Of a stretch of 64,000 nt of DNA, positions 1 through 11,043 are shown in pieces (the stretch's first letter is position 1; the number at the start of each line of letters is the position of its first letter). A program made the position numbers and the translations under genes. The notes beneath the pieces are model-generated. The model ran no database searches. It was not told the origin of the DNA and worked only from the letters and a program-made list of their open reading frames with translations. The stretch is from Nitrospirota bacterium. GTDB taxonomy: Bacteria > Nitrospirota > UBA9217. The stretch spans positions 1,504,001 through 1,568,000 of the forward strand of contig CAWCKW010000012.1 in NCBI GenBank assembly GCA_963796285.1. Direction: 5' to 3'.

Positions 1-789
1 ATGAAAACCGCCGTCGATATATACAAGTTCCTCCCCAAGACCAATTGCGGAAAATGCGGCACCTCAAGCTGCTTTGGATTCGCCGCAAAGCTGGCCACAA
101 ATCAGGCCTCGCCCGACGACTGCCCTACCATGACGCAAGCAGCACGTGAATCTTTCCGGGAATTGGCCGTTGAAAAACGCTCTTCTCCCGGTACCGTCTA
201 TGATCAGGCACTGGAATCCCTTCAACCGAAGATCCAGGCTCTGGACTTTAGGAAGGTTGCTTCCCTCTTCGGGGCAACCGTTATCGGTCTGGATAAACTT
301 GAACTCAGGTTCTTGAACGAGAACTACGTGGTCACGAAAGAGAAGATTCTTGATCCCTCCGGGAAGGAACCGCGGCCGTGGATCTCGATCCTCATCTACA
401 ACTACCTCTGCATGCCTGATCCGCCGTCACCTGCGGGTGAATGGACCTCCTTCAGTTCGATACCGGCTTCCCACGCAAAGGACAAGGCATGGGCGGGCCA
501 TGTGGAAGAAGTTATAGCAAAACATTTCTCCGGAAAGGGAGAAGCGCTGAAGGCTGCCTGCGAGAAATCGGGCGGCATAAATGCCGATATGAAGGGCGAT
601 CACGACGCGGCGTACGAATTCCGTTTCTTCCCCCATTACCCCGTGCTGCTGCTCTTCTACGAGGCGATGCCGGAAGAAAATTTCCCGGCGCAGTGCAAGC
701 TGCTCCTGGACAGGACCGCGCCGCGCTATCTGGATATTGAGTCGATCGTGGTGCTGGGAGAGGAGTTTGCCGCCCGACTGACGGCATAG
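1..789 (+). CDS. Fe-S-binding domain + DUF3786-like protein
   Basis: N-terminal LPKTNCGKCG..C..FA..L......CP motif (RnfB/AcsC-type 4Fe-4S domain) followed by a region resembling DUF3786 (FFP..PVLLLF....E.FPA..KLL.D). Confidence 0.75.
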   Translation: MKTAVDIYKFLPKTNCGKCGTSSCFGFAAKLATNQASPDDCPTMTQAARESFRELAVEKRSSPGTVYDQALESLQPKIQALDFRKVASLFGATVIGLDKLELRFLNENYVVTKEKILDPSGKEPRPWISILIYNYLCMPDPPSPAGEWTSFSSIPASHAKDKAWAGHVEEVIAKHFSGKGEALKAACEKSGGINADMKGDHDAAYEFRFFPHYPVLLLFYEAMPEENFPAQCKLLLDRTAPRYLDIESIVVLGEEFAARLTA

Positions 790-820
790 CAGTTGAGCGT
801 TTGGAGTAAGGGAAGGTGAC

Positions 821-1921
821 ATGTACAAGCTGATGAAGTCGATTGCCGTCCTCGGGATACTTATTTTCTGCGCTTGCAGTGGTGGCGGAAGTGGAACAGG
901 TGGGACGTCGCTCACAAATCCACACACGGACCCGCTGCAGGGTCCGCCTGCTGGAAATCCATCCGGGCACTACCTTGTCCCCTCTGAGGCCGGGGTCGAG
1001 GACGTTTCTTACCCGGATCAGGTCATCGGCACGGGTACGCCCGAGAGCTGTACAGCAGAAGCATTTATCCAGGCAATTGCCCAGGGGGGCAAGATCACAT
1101 TCGATTGCGGCCCCAATCCGCTCACCATCACCCTCGATCGCCCGGCCAAGATGTTCAATGACAAGCCGGATGTCGTGATCGACGGCAACGGGTTGGTCAC
1201 TCTCAGTGGCGGCGGTGCAACCCGCATTCTGTACATGAACACGTGCGATCAGAACCAGGTGTGGACCACGTCTCATTGCGACAACCAGGAGCAACCGCGG
1301 CTGACCGTCCAGAACCTGACGTTCATCGACGGCAACTCCCAAAATGAGTCCGAGTATGATGGCGGCGGCGCCATCTGGGTCAGGGGAGGGCGGTTCAAGG
1401 TCGTCAACAGCCGGTTCTTCAATAATGTCTGCGCCAGCCAGGGGCCGGATGTCGGGGGCGCCGCCATCCGGGTCTTCAGTCAATACAACGGCCTGCCCGT
1501 CTATGTGGTGAACAGCACCTTTGGCGGCGCTGCAGGCTATGGCAATATTGGCGCGAATGGCGGCGGCATCAGCAGTATCGGGGTTTCCTGGGCGATCTAC
1601 AACAGCCTGTTTTCATACAACCAGGCGATCGGCAACGGGGGCAATCCCGCCGAGTCCGGGACTCCGGGTGGTGGGAGCGGAGGCGCAATCTACAACGACG
1701 GCAATACCATGACGCTTGCACTGTACGGGACTCTTATCGAAGACAACGAAGTGAACAGCTATGGTTCCGCGATCTTCTTCATCTCCAATGACCATTCCGG
1801 CACACTTCACATCGAGGATTCGGTGATAAGCCACAATCTCGGCGGGTCCTGGTACGAGCTGCCCGGTATCTCGATGCACAGCGACACGACCCGCGAGATC
1901 ATCAACTCGACCATCGAGTAG
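821..1921 (+). CDS. Secreted lipoprotein with right-handed beta-helix (pectin-lyase/Pmp-like) repeats
   Basis: Signal peptide with lipobox-like IFCAC, Gly/Ser linker, repeated GGAI and FxxN motifs, SD GGAAGG upstream. Confidence 0.7.
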   Translation: MYKLMKSIAVLGILIFCACSGGGSGTGGTSLTNPHTDPLQGPPAGNPSGHYLVPSEAGVEDVSYPDQVIGTGTPESCTAEAFIQAIAQGGKITFDCGPNPLTITLDRPAKMFNDKPDVVIDGNGLVTLSGGGATRILYMNTCDQNQVWTTSHCDNQEQPRLTVQNLTFIDGNSQNESEYDGGGAIWVRGGRFKVVNSRFFNNVCASQGPDVGGAAIRVFSQYNGLPVYVVNSTFGGAAGYGNIGANGGGISSIGVSWAIYNSLFSYNQAIGNGGNPAESGTPGGGSGGAIYNDGNTMTLALYGTLIEDNEVNSYGSAIFFISNDHSGTLHIEDSVISHNLGGSWYELPGISMHSDTTREIINSTIE

Positions 1922-2120
1922 TGGAATTAGCCGGGATATGCGTTTGCCGGGTCGCGGCGTAACCGCTTGGCCGAACAACGGAACCCCGCCGGGGACGATT
2001 GAAGTGAAGAATACATGTTGTAACTTGTAATGCGATGTACTTCCTGAACTTAACAGCAGGCGTATTTAAGACTCTGCATAGTTCAAGTTGTAACTGATAA
2101 CTGAAGGACACATACGGGAC

Positions 2121-2851
2121 ATGAAGGATAGAGATATTATAGATACTTTCGTAACATATCTAGGTCGCCATGGTCATCTCAACCTCCAAGTTAATCGACG
2201 GCCAGACGAAGAAAATCGCGACTCGTCTGATATTGACGCAATTGCTGGTCCATTCGCAATCGAACACACAAGCATTGACACGCTCCCCAACCAGCGCCGG
2301 GATTCTGATTGGTTCATGCAAGTTTTTGGCGGACTTGAGCGAGAGCTTTCTGACAAGTCGCGGTTCCGCCTGAACGTTATTATCGAGTACAATGCCGTCG
2401 CGAAGGGTCAAAATTGGCAAATATTCGTGAGATGATCAAAAATTGGATCGCAAACGAAGCACCGCATTTAGCAGACGGACGCCACGTTCTTAATGACATT
2501 CCTGGCGTTCCATTCCGTCTGCACATCATAAAGGCAAGTAATCGCCGCCCACGCGTTATATTCTCCCGTTTTGAGCCCGATGACAACACCCTTCCTGGTC
2601 GTATTCGGCAGCAGTTTGACAGAAAGGTTGAAAAATTTAAGAAATACAAAAGCGCTGGAAAAACGACAGTTCTCCTCATCGAAAACGACGACTCCGCCCT
2701 TATGAACGAAGGGAAGATGATAGATTCTATACGGAAAGCCTACCCGGCTGGATTTTTCCTCGATGTTGACCAGATCTGGTATGCGGGCACATCCATTTCA
2801 AGCGAGATAGAGTTCTTGGACTTTACCAGTGAGCTTCAAGAGGGGCGTTAA
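2121..2851 (+). CDS. Hypothetical protein, possible PD-(D/E)xK-like nuclease fold; frameshift near 2415
   Basis: ORFs 2121-2435 and 2414-2851 overlap and join to about 243 aa; RPD...DID...IEHT motif; lower GC than flanks. Confidence 0.5.
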
Positions 2852-3127
2852 GTCCTTCCTGAAGTCCACGGCGGTTGAGCCTTTGGAAACGTGCTGCTTA
2901 TAGTCTGAATAATTGCATAATTGGTGGTTCAGCGAGGTACAATATGATCGGAAGAATTTTGTCAGGAATGTTTATTCCAATTTTATTATGGATGCTAATA
3001 GGAGGCTATAAAGAAATAAAAAGAGATCATGACATATCAGACGACTTTGATTTTCTCTTTAAAATATTTTGGTTATTGGGGATAGCTTTCGCAACGATAA
3101 ACCTTTTTACCTACGCCTTATTTAATG

Positions 3128-4180
3128 CGCGAATTCTATCTCGAAGTGCAACGGCTTGAGGCCGCGACCTCCGCTGGCGTTCTGTAACCGAGGCACTTTC
3201 TCGGTCGACTGTTAAGCAGATATTCGATCCGGGCTATGTGCTCGGATGCGATCTTACTGAAATCGGTTCCCTTTGGCAAGTACCAACGAATGAGGCCATT
3301 GATGTTCTCATTCGTGCCCCGCTGCCAGGATGAATAGGGATGGGCAAAGTAGCATTTGATTCCAAGCTTGGTCGAGAGCGTTTCGTGTTTGGCATTCTCG
3401 CTCCCATTGTCCAACGTGAGCGTTTGGCGTCCCTTGGCTGGAAGCTTCTTGAGTCGGTCAATGACCGCCTTGTTGGTCTCAGCAGCGCTTTTTCGCTGTA
3501 GCTTGGTGATCAGAACAAGCCGGCTCTTGCGTTCGACCAGGCTATTTAAGGCCGCTTTGCTCTTTCGGGAGACGAGACTGTCGCCCTCCCAGTGACCATA
3601 GTAACGACGACTCTCAACGGACTTCGGCCGGGCATCGATCGGGATCCTGTTGGGAATCTTGGTTTTTCTCACTTTTCTGCCGATGCTCTTATTTCTCCGC
3701 TTCTTGTGGGCTCGGCGCAGCAGATTGATCATCTCCACCCGGTCCGGATTCTGGGGATGGTAGATGTACTGATAGATAGCTTCGTGATTGATGGTTTGCC
3801 CTGGATGGTCAATTCGGATCCGTCCAGAGATTTGCTCCGGAGACCATCCCTGAGCGAGGCCATTCTTCACATATTGCCTGATGAAGTCGTTCTTTAATCG
3901 TCGTGCTGTATTAGCCTTCGTTTTTCGTTCACAAGCCCGAGCATGTGCCCGGCAGGGAACATAGCGTCTTCGTTCCGGCGGTGAGTTCCGCGTGAGCTCG
4001 CGTGAGATTGTGCTTTTGTTCCGGCCAACTGCTTTTGCGATGTCGCCGACACTGAAACCTTCTGAAAGTTGGGCGGCGATGAATTCTCGTTCTTCTTGGC
4101 CAGATGCTTATATGGTTTTGGCATAGACACTTAGAGTAGCATAGCTACCCCAAGTGTTGCACTTCGCTATAGAACTGGCG
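3128..4180 (-). mobile_element. IS30-family insertion sequence, 1053 bp
   Basis: 25-bp imperfect terminal inverted repeats (3128-3152 and 4156-4180, 21/25 match) flanked by direct repeat ATG (3125-3127, 4181-4183); internal transposase. Confidence 0.92.
3136..4124 (-). CDS. IS30-family transposase (frameshifted)
   Basis: WSPEQI, GHWEGD, TLDNGSE, PYSSWQRGTNENINGLIR, LNSRPRKCLGYRTP motifs; N-terminal HTH part (MPKPYKHL) in another frame. Confidence 0.9.
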
Positions 4181-4379
4181 ATGCTTCTGAAGTTACAAAA
4201 CTGAAAATTGGTGAGAGGCAGATGGTTAATATTTTATCCTGAAGCTTACACCTCATGATTGTGTGAGCCGCAGCGCAATTTCAAATGTAAATGATATTCA
4301 ACACTCATTAATAGGATAAACGTTATGAACTGGATATTCAGAATCGTTCGCAAATTCCTGAATACACAGCTAAAGCAGG

Positions 4380-6489
4380 GTGAGTAAACTCGAGCCTAAT
4401 TTGCACAACCGCAACACGACCGGTGTGGCCGTCACTGCCGACAATCCCATCCGGCGTCAGGAAGATGATGTTCTCGGTAGAGCCATCGTTGCCAGATCGT
4501 TCGCCCGGCAGGTTCTCTCACTTGATGCGCGAGAAGGAATTGTAGTGGGTGTGCTTGGTGCATGGGGATATGGGAAAACGTCCTTCATTAACCTTGCTCG
4601 TGATGAGTTCGACCGGGCTGGCGTTCCGGTACTCGACTTTAATCCGTGGATGTTCAGTGGCGCAGAGCAACTCGTTGAATCGTTCTTCGTCGAACTCGCC
4701 GCACAGCTAAAGATGCGCCCCGGCCTCGCCGAGGTGGGTAAGGGCCTTGAGGATTATGGTGAGGCATTTTCCGGCATGGGATGGCTGCCTCTTGTCGGCC
4801 CGTGGATAGAGCGGGGTCGCGGCGCAACCAAGATCTTAGGCAAGATCCTACAGCACCGGAAGGAAGGGGTCAGTGGACGCCGAGCCAAGCTCGAGAAGGC
4901 TGTTACTGATTTAAGCAAACCGATTGTGATTGTACTCGACGACATCGACCGGCTGTCGACATCAGAGATCCGAGACGTATTCAAGCTGGTGCGACTGACT
5001 GCTAACTTTCCCAACATTATCTATATCGTAGCATTTGACCGAAATCGCGTCAAAGAGGCGCTTGCGAGCAGGGGATGCCAAGTCGTGAATATTTGGAAAA
5101 AATCTTTAAAGTCGCAATCGATCTGCCGGTAGTCCCAACGCAAGTGATAAACCAGCAGATCTTATTGGCGGTGAATAACGCCATCGCCGGCATCGAGAAA
5201 ACAGGACCGTTCGACGAACAAGTCTGGCCCGACGTCTTCATGGAGATAATCCGGCCACTTATTCGGAACATGCGAGATGTTCGACGATACGCTGCCGCCG
5301 TCCGCGGGAACGTAGGAGCCCTCAACGGACAGATAGCGCTCGTTGATGTTCTTGCGCTCGAAGCCGTTCGAGTATTTCTTCCCGATGTCTTTAAACACTT
5401 GCACGGTGCCATCGACGGCCTCACGACGACTTCCGAACTCGCATACGGAGGACGTAGCGAGTCAACGCAGTTCAAGGCACAGATCGACGGACTGATTCAA
5501 GCTGCCGGAATGCACAACGGCGTCGTTCGAGCCATGATCGAGCGACTCTTTCCGGCTGGCCAGCGTCATCTCGGTGGTAGCCACTACGGAGGCGACTGGC
5601 AAGGTCGATGGCTCAGGGAGCGTCGGGTCGCTCACAAGGACATTCTACGGCTCTACTTGGAACGCGTGGCGGGCGAAAGCCTGCAAGCCTTCACGGATGC
5701 AGAGAAGGCCTGGACTTACATGGCTAACCGTGAAGCCTTGGACGGCTATCTTCGTTCTCTCGATGCGGCACGACTGCAGGACGTTATCGCGTCGTTAGAG
5801 GCCTATGAAGATCAGTTTGCTCCAGCCCATGTAGTGCCCGGAACAATCGTTCTGCTCAATCTCTTGCCGGATCTTCCAGAACGACAGCGGGGTATGTTAG
5901 GGCTGGACACCAAGCTAGTCGTCTCTCGCGTCTTCTATCGTCTCTTGAAATCTTTGCACGACTCTGCAGCGGTCGAAGCAGCGGTGCGCCAGATACTGCC
6001 CGAGCTGAAGTCTCTCTCTCAAAGATGGAGCTGATTGGTGATGTCGGGTATCGAGAGGGAGCCGGACACAAACTCGTGTCGGAAACAGCGGCAGAAGAAT
6101 TCGAGAAGGCGTGGCGTGACGAAGTTCGATCTGCATCGGTTGATGATCTCGCCAAGGAGCGTGATCTCTTATGGGTATTTCTGCGGGCGAAACGCGAGGC
6201 TCAACCGGCGGAAGGCCTGCTCGACATTGACAATTCGTCCAAACTGACGGTCGCCCTTCTCCGGTCAGCTCGGAGTGAAGTTATGCGTCAATCCATGGGA
6301 AGCCGGGCAGTACGTCGATCCCCACGCCTTGCGTGGGATGTCCTCATCGAACTCTATGGCGCTGAGACAACGCTGAGGGAGCGGATTGAAAGTCTCAAAG
6401 CGACCCACCCCGAAGGCGCTTCAGACCTGCTCGAGCTCGCGGACAAATACTTAGGCGGATGGCGCCCTGGAAACTTCAATAACGACTAG
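4380..6489 (+). CDS. KAP-family P-loop NTPase, split by two frameshifts
   Basis: D.LGR, Walker A GAWGYGKTS, FNPW, Walker B VLDDIDR, YLEKI and NMRDVRR motifs across ORFs 4380-5132, 5075-6034, 6025-6489. Confidence 0.88.
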
Positions 6490-6850
6490 GACCAAAATGG
6501 CGTCAGGCTTGACTTGTTGACTTACTTACCTTTCAACCCCTTTTACACAACCCGAACTTACCATGCGTTATGTAAGTTATGATCCGTATTTGATAATTGT
6601 ATCATAAAGATGAAACTGCAGAGTATGTAGGTGAAGCATGGTTTCCAATCGCGTATTCAACTGTTATCAACGCAAATAATATGTAATACAATGCAACCTC
6701 GACTGATTTCTAATTGTTTCATTCATTTATAATTATCTGCACGCTTTCTCGTTGATCACTGTGCATGCTCTCGAAGATCGTCGCGCTATTTTCAGAACTT
6801 CTTTTTCATTTCTTCCTCAAAAGTCCAAACTCAGAACTCCGAACTATTCC

Positions 6851-7604
6851 TTATTCACGCCCGATTGCGTAAATTAGAAATTCCACATTACCATCCTGTC
6901 CGGTGATCGGCGAGGGGATCACGCCAATGACATTGAGGCCTGTTTCATGGAAAAAGGCCTTGACCTTCTCGACCACTTCGATCCTCAGTCCCTCGTCGCG
7001 CACAATACCCCCTTTGCCCACCTGCCCTTTCCCTACTTCGAACTGCGGCTTGATGAGCGCGATCAGTCCTGATCCGGGCCTGAGAAATTGCATGATCGAA
7101 GGAATTACCTTTTCGAGGGAGATGAACGAAGCATCGATCACGACGATATCGACAGGTTCGGGGATGAGCGAAGGGTCCATTGTACGAATGTTCGTGCGTT
7201 CAATGACGACGACGCGCGGATCTTGCCTGAGTTTCCATGCCATCTGGCCGTAGCCCACATCCACGGCATAGACCTTGTTGCATCCGTGCTGGAGCAGGCA
7301 GTCGGTAAATCCGCCGGTTGATGCTCCCACATCGATGGCGATCCTGCCTTCAACGGACACCTTGAACTCGCGCAATGCGGCCTCAAGCTTCAGCCCTCCC
7401 CGGCTGACATAGGGAAGCACCTCTCCGAGAATACGGATCTCGGCATCTTCGGGAACAAGCACGCCGGACTTGTCCTGCTTCTGGCCGTTCACGAGCACCT
7501 GGCCGGCAATGATGATGGGCCTGACCGCGCTCCCGGCTCTCGACAAGGCCCCGTTCAACGAGAAGCCGATCGAGGCGAAGCTTGTGCTTTTTTATTTCGT
7601 GCAT
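6851..7604 (-). CDS. tlyA: TlyA-family rRNA methyltransferase (frameshift near 5' end)
   Basis: RLDRLLVERGL (S4), YVSRGGLKL, DVGASTGGFTD, LIKPQFE, SPITG.DGN.EF; follows dxs. Confidence 0.93.
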
Positions 7605-7716
7605 TTCGGATTTCGGATTGCTTTTTCATGCGAACCCCTTTGACTGCATTTCATTCCGCAATCCGCCTGTCCCGACGTTTTGGCAACAGTCGGGGCAATC
7701 CACATTCCGCAATGCT
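7604..7716. repeat. Heptamer-repeat hairpin (ATTTCGG / ATTCCGC) with nested mini-palindrome
   Basis: ATTTCGG x2 on left, ATTCCGC/AATCCGC/AATCCAC/ATTCCGC on right, interrupted by CCCGAC...GTCGGG. Confidence 0.6.
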
Positions 7717-7717
7717 C

Positions 7718-9653
7718 TTACGCATCCTTTGCTCTGAGCGACGCAACGGGAGCCACTGCCTTAAGGCGGGTCTTCTCCACAAACGCCTTCACTGATGCAT
7801 ATATACCGTCGACATCCAGACCATACTTCTGCCGGAGGATCTTCTGTGTTCCATGCTCGATATACGCGTCCGGCAGGCCGATGCGGTGCGTCTTAATTCC
7901 ACTAACTCCATTCGCATCGAGGCATTCGAGCACCGCGCTTCCAAAACCGCCGAGGAGCACGTGCTCCTCGATCGTCACGATCCTTCCCGTCTTCTTTGCA
8001 AGGGCGAGGATCATTGCTTCATCGAGCGGCTTCACGAACCGCGCGTTCACCACTGAGACGGAGATCCCTTCGTCCGCAAGTCGTTTTGCCGCTTCGATCG
8101 ACGGGCAGACCATATTGCCGATGGCGATGATCGCCGCCTCGCTCCCGTCCTTGATCAGCTCGGCTTTGCCGATCTTAAGGGTCCGCAATTCCTGGTCCAT
8201 GGGAACGCCGCAGCCCATGCCGCGCGGGTAGCGCACTGCCGAAGGACCGTTGTGTTCCACGGCCGTTTTGAGCATGTGCTGGAGCTCGTTCTCGTCCTTG
8301 GGCGCCATCATCATCATGTTCGGGATATGACGCAGATAGGCAATGTCGAACACGCCGTGATGCGTTGGCCCGTCCTCGCCCACCAGGCCGGCGCGATCAA
8401 GCGCCAGTGTCACCGGCAGGTTCTGGAGACAGAGATCATGCACCACCTGGTCGTAGGCACGCTGGGTAAACGTCGAGTAGATGGCCGCAACCGGATGCAG
8501 CCCCTCCACGGCAAGGCCGCACGCGAAGGTAACGCCGTGGGACTCGGCGATGCCCACGTCAAAGAACCTGTTCGGGAAATTGTTCGGCGAACTTGTCGAG
8601 ACCGGTGCCCTCGGGCATGGCCGCAGAGATGGCGACGATCTTGTGGTTGTCCTCGGCGAGTTTGATCATGGTCTGGCCGAACACCTCCGTGTAGCTCATG
8701 ATGGACTGCTTCTTTGCCGCAACCTTGCCCGTCTCCGGATCAAAAGGCGGGGTGCCGTGGTACTGTGAGGGGCTGCACTCAGCAAATTCACAGCCTTTTC
8801 CTTTTTTAGTGATGACATGCACCAGGACCGGCCAGGTGTATTCCTTGACATTCCGGAACGTCTCGAGCATATGGTCGATATTATGGCCGTCGATGGGGCC
8901 GATGTACTGGAACCCCAGGTCCTCGAACAGCATGCCCGGCACCATCAGGCCCTTGATGGAGTCCTCTGCCTTCTTCGCAAGATTGAACATGGACTCGCCG
9001 ACCCTGGGGATGCCCTGCAGAAAAGTCTTGGTCTCCCGTCGCAGCCTGGTATAAAAATGACCGGTCATCATCCTGCTGAGATAGGATGAAAGCGCGCCCA
9101 CGTTCGGCGATATGGACATCTCATTGTCATTCAGAATGACAATGAGGTTCTTTTTCAAATGTCCGGCCTGGTTCATACCCTCGAACGCCAGCCCCGCGGA
9201 GATGGACCCGTCGCCGATCACGGCGATCACGTGGAAGTTGTCCCCTTTGATGTCCCGCGCCGCTATCATGCCGAGGGCGGCGGAAATGGACGTGCTGGCG
9301 TGTCCCACATCAAAATTGTCGTAAGGACTTTCCTCACGTTTGGGGAATCCGCTGAGCCCGCCGTGCTGCCGGAGCGTCGGGAACTGCTTACGTCTGCCGG
9401 TCAGGAGCTTGTGAGCATAGGCCTGGTGCCCTACATCCCAGACGATCTTGTCCGTGGGCGTATCAAAGGCATAATGAAGCGCGATGGTCAGATCGACGAC
9501 GCCCAGACTCGGCGCAAGGTGGCCGCCGGTCTTCGACACAACGTTGATGATCTCCTGCCGAAGTTCGTCGGCCAGCTTCGGCAATTCCTCCGGGGGAAGA
9601 CCCCTTAGATCTTGCGCATTATTTACATTATCGAGTATCATTTGGTCCCTCAT
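7718..9653 (-). CDS. dxs: 1-deoxy-D-xylulose-5-phosphate synthase (frameshift near 8570)
   Basis: [49 protein letters not shown]. Confidence 0.96.
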
Positions 9654-9659
9654 AAAATA

Positions 9660-9745
9660 GGGTCAAGTAGCTAGGGTCATGGGTTAAGGGTCATGCTTGT
9701 TGCTTCTGATATCCTTGACCCTTGCTACTTGACCCTTGACCCTTC
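9660..9745. repeat. Heptamer-repeat hairpin (GGGTCAA / TTGACCC)
   Basis: Five 7-mers on each side; GGGTCAAGTAGCTAGGGTCA is 19/20 complementary to TGACCCTTGCTACTTGACCC. Confidence 0.75.
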
Positions 9746-9750
9746 GTTTC

Positions 9751-10642
9751 TTAATTCACTCTATTTACAATATACTTCGCCAGTTCCCTCAGCGGATCTG
9801 CCTTATGGTCGAAATCCCGCAGTGATTGGATCGCCTTGTTCGCAACCTCATTGGCCCTCAACCGTGATCCCTCGAGACCGAAAAAACCGGGAAAGGTCTT
9901 CTTACCTTTTTTCAGGTCGCTGCCAACTGTCCTTGCCGATCTCGTCCTGCTTGCCGGTGATATCGAGAATGTCATCGGCGATCTGAAAAGCGAGACCGAC
10001 CCTCTCACCGTACCGGGTAAGGGCCTTTAAGCGTTTTTCACTCGCCTTTGCGTACAGAGCGCCGACACGCACTGAGGCGCGAATGAGCGCGCCGGTCTTG
10101 TGCGTATGGATATATTCGAGCGTCGGGAAATCGATATCCTTGCCCTCGGACTCCATATCAACCACCTGACCGCCCACCATACCATGGACGCCTGATGCAT
10201 TGCCGATCTCGTTGATGATGGAAAGAAGCCTGTTCGCGGGGACCGCTTTGGTCCTGCGGGGATCGGACAGCACTTCGAATGCCATGTTCAAAAGCCCGTC
10301 CCCTGCGAGGATGGCAATGGCCTCGCCGTATACCTTATGGCAGGTTGGCCGCCCCCGTCTGCGATCATCATCGTCCATGGCAGGAAGATCGTCGTGGATC
10401 AGCGAGTACGTATGAATGAGCTCCAGCGATCCTGCCAGGGGAAGCAGGTCGGAGGTCTTTGCGCCAAGCGCCTCGGCAGCGGCAATGGCCAGAATGGGCC
10501 GCACCCGCTTGCCGCCGGCAAAGAGGCTGTAGCGCATGGCCTCGTGGACCGAGGTCGGGAACATTTTCGCGGGCGGAACGAGCTTATCGAGCGCCTTGTC
10601 CACGATGGCCTTTTTTTTGGCAAGATATGACTTGATATTCAT
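9751..10642 (-). CDS. ispA: Farnesyl/geranyl diphosphate synthase (frameshift near 9930)
   Basis: GGKRVRP, SLIHDDLPAMDDDD.RRG, KTGALI, FQIADDILD; between xseB and dxs. Confidence 0.93.
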
Positions 10643-10654
10643 GGTAACGGGGGA

Positions 10655-10888
10655 CTATTCCTCTTCCTGTTCTTCAAAGGGTTGGGCTTTCAAACTTCCT
10701 GCCTTATCTTTGAGCAGGATCTCCACCTTGCGCTCGGCCGCTTCCAGCCGGGTGTTGCAGATGCGTGAAAGCTTGATCCCCTCTTCGAACAATTTCAGCG
10801 ACTGCTCCAGGGGGAGGTCACCCTGCTCAAGCTCCTGCACGATCACCTCCAGCCGCGCCAGCGCTGTCTCAAACTTTTTTTCCGCCAT
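10655..10888 (-). CDS. xseB: Exodeoxyribonuclease VII small subunit
   Basis: FE.AL.RLE.IV..LE.G.L.LE.SL..FEEG..L...C...L..AE.KV. Confidence 0.95.
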   Translation of the reverse strand: MAEKKFETALARLEVIVQELEQGDLPLEQSLKLFEEGIKLSRICNTRLEAAERKVEILLKDKAGSLKAQPFEEQEEE

Positions 10889-11043
10889 ATGATCGCATAC
10901 TCCACGATGTCGAGCCAAAAAAGAAAAGCCCGACAGAATAATTATATCCGCAACGAATGGACAAAATCAAGGATAAAGACTAGAAACATGCGTCAGGAAT
11001 GCTCACCGGGAACGGCTGGCTGCGTGGTTTGCACTGGTGTCTC

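Larger units (their letters stand above)
2944..4242 (+). pseudogene. Small membrane protein gene interrupted by IS30 element
   Basis: ATG 2944 with GAGG upstream, two hydrophobic segments; removing 3128-4183 restores a frame reading to TGA at 4240-4242 (80 aa). Confidence 0.55.

Noticed and set aside
1922-2900. attC sites around the accessory genes at 2.1-2.9 kb
   Set aside because: AAC and GTT triplets are present but I could not build paired L and R boxes.
6495-6525. AAATGGCGTCAGGCTTGACTTGTTGAC as the end of a Y1-transposase-associated element
   Set aside because: Resemblance from memory only; single copy with no partner end or transposase in the window.
7718-9653. Programmed frameshifting in dxs, leuA, leuC or asd
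   Set aside because: No consistent slippery sites or stimulators, and too many unrelated genes are affected; sequencing error is simpler.
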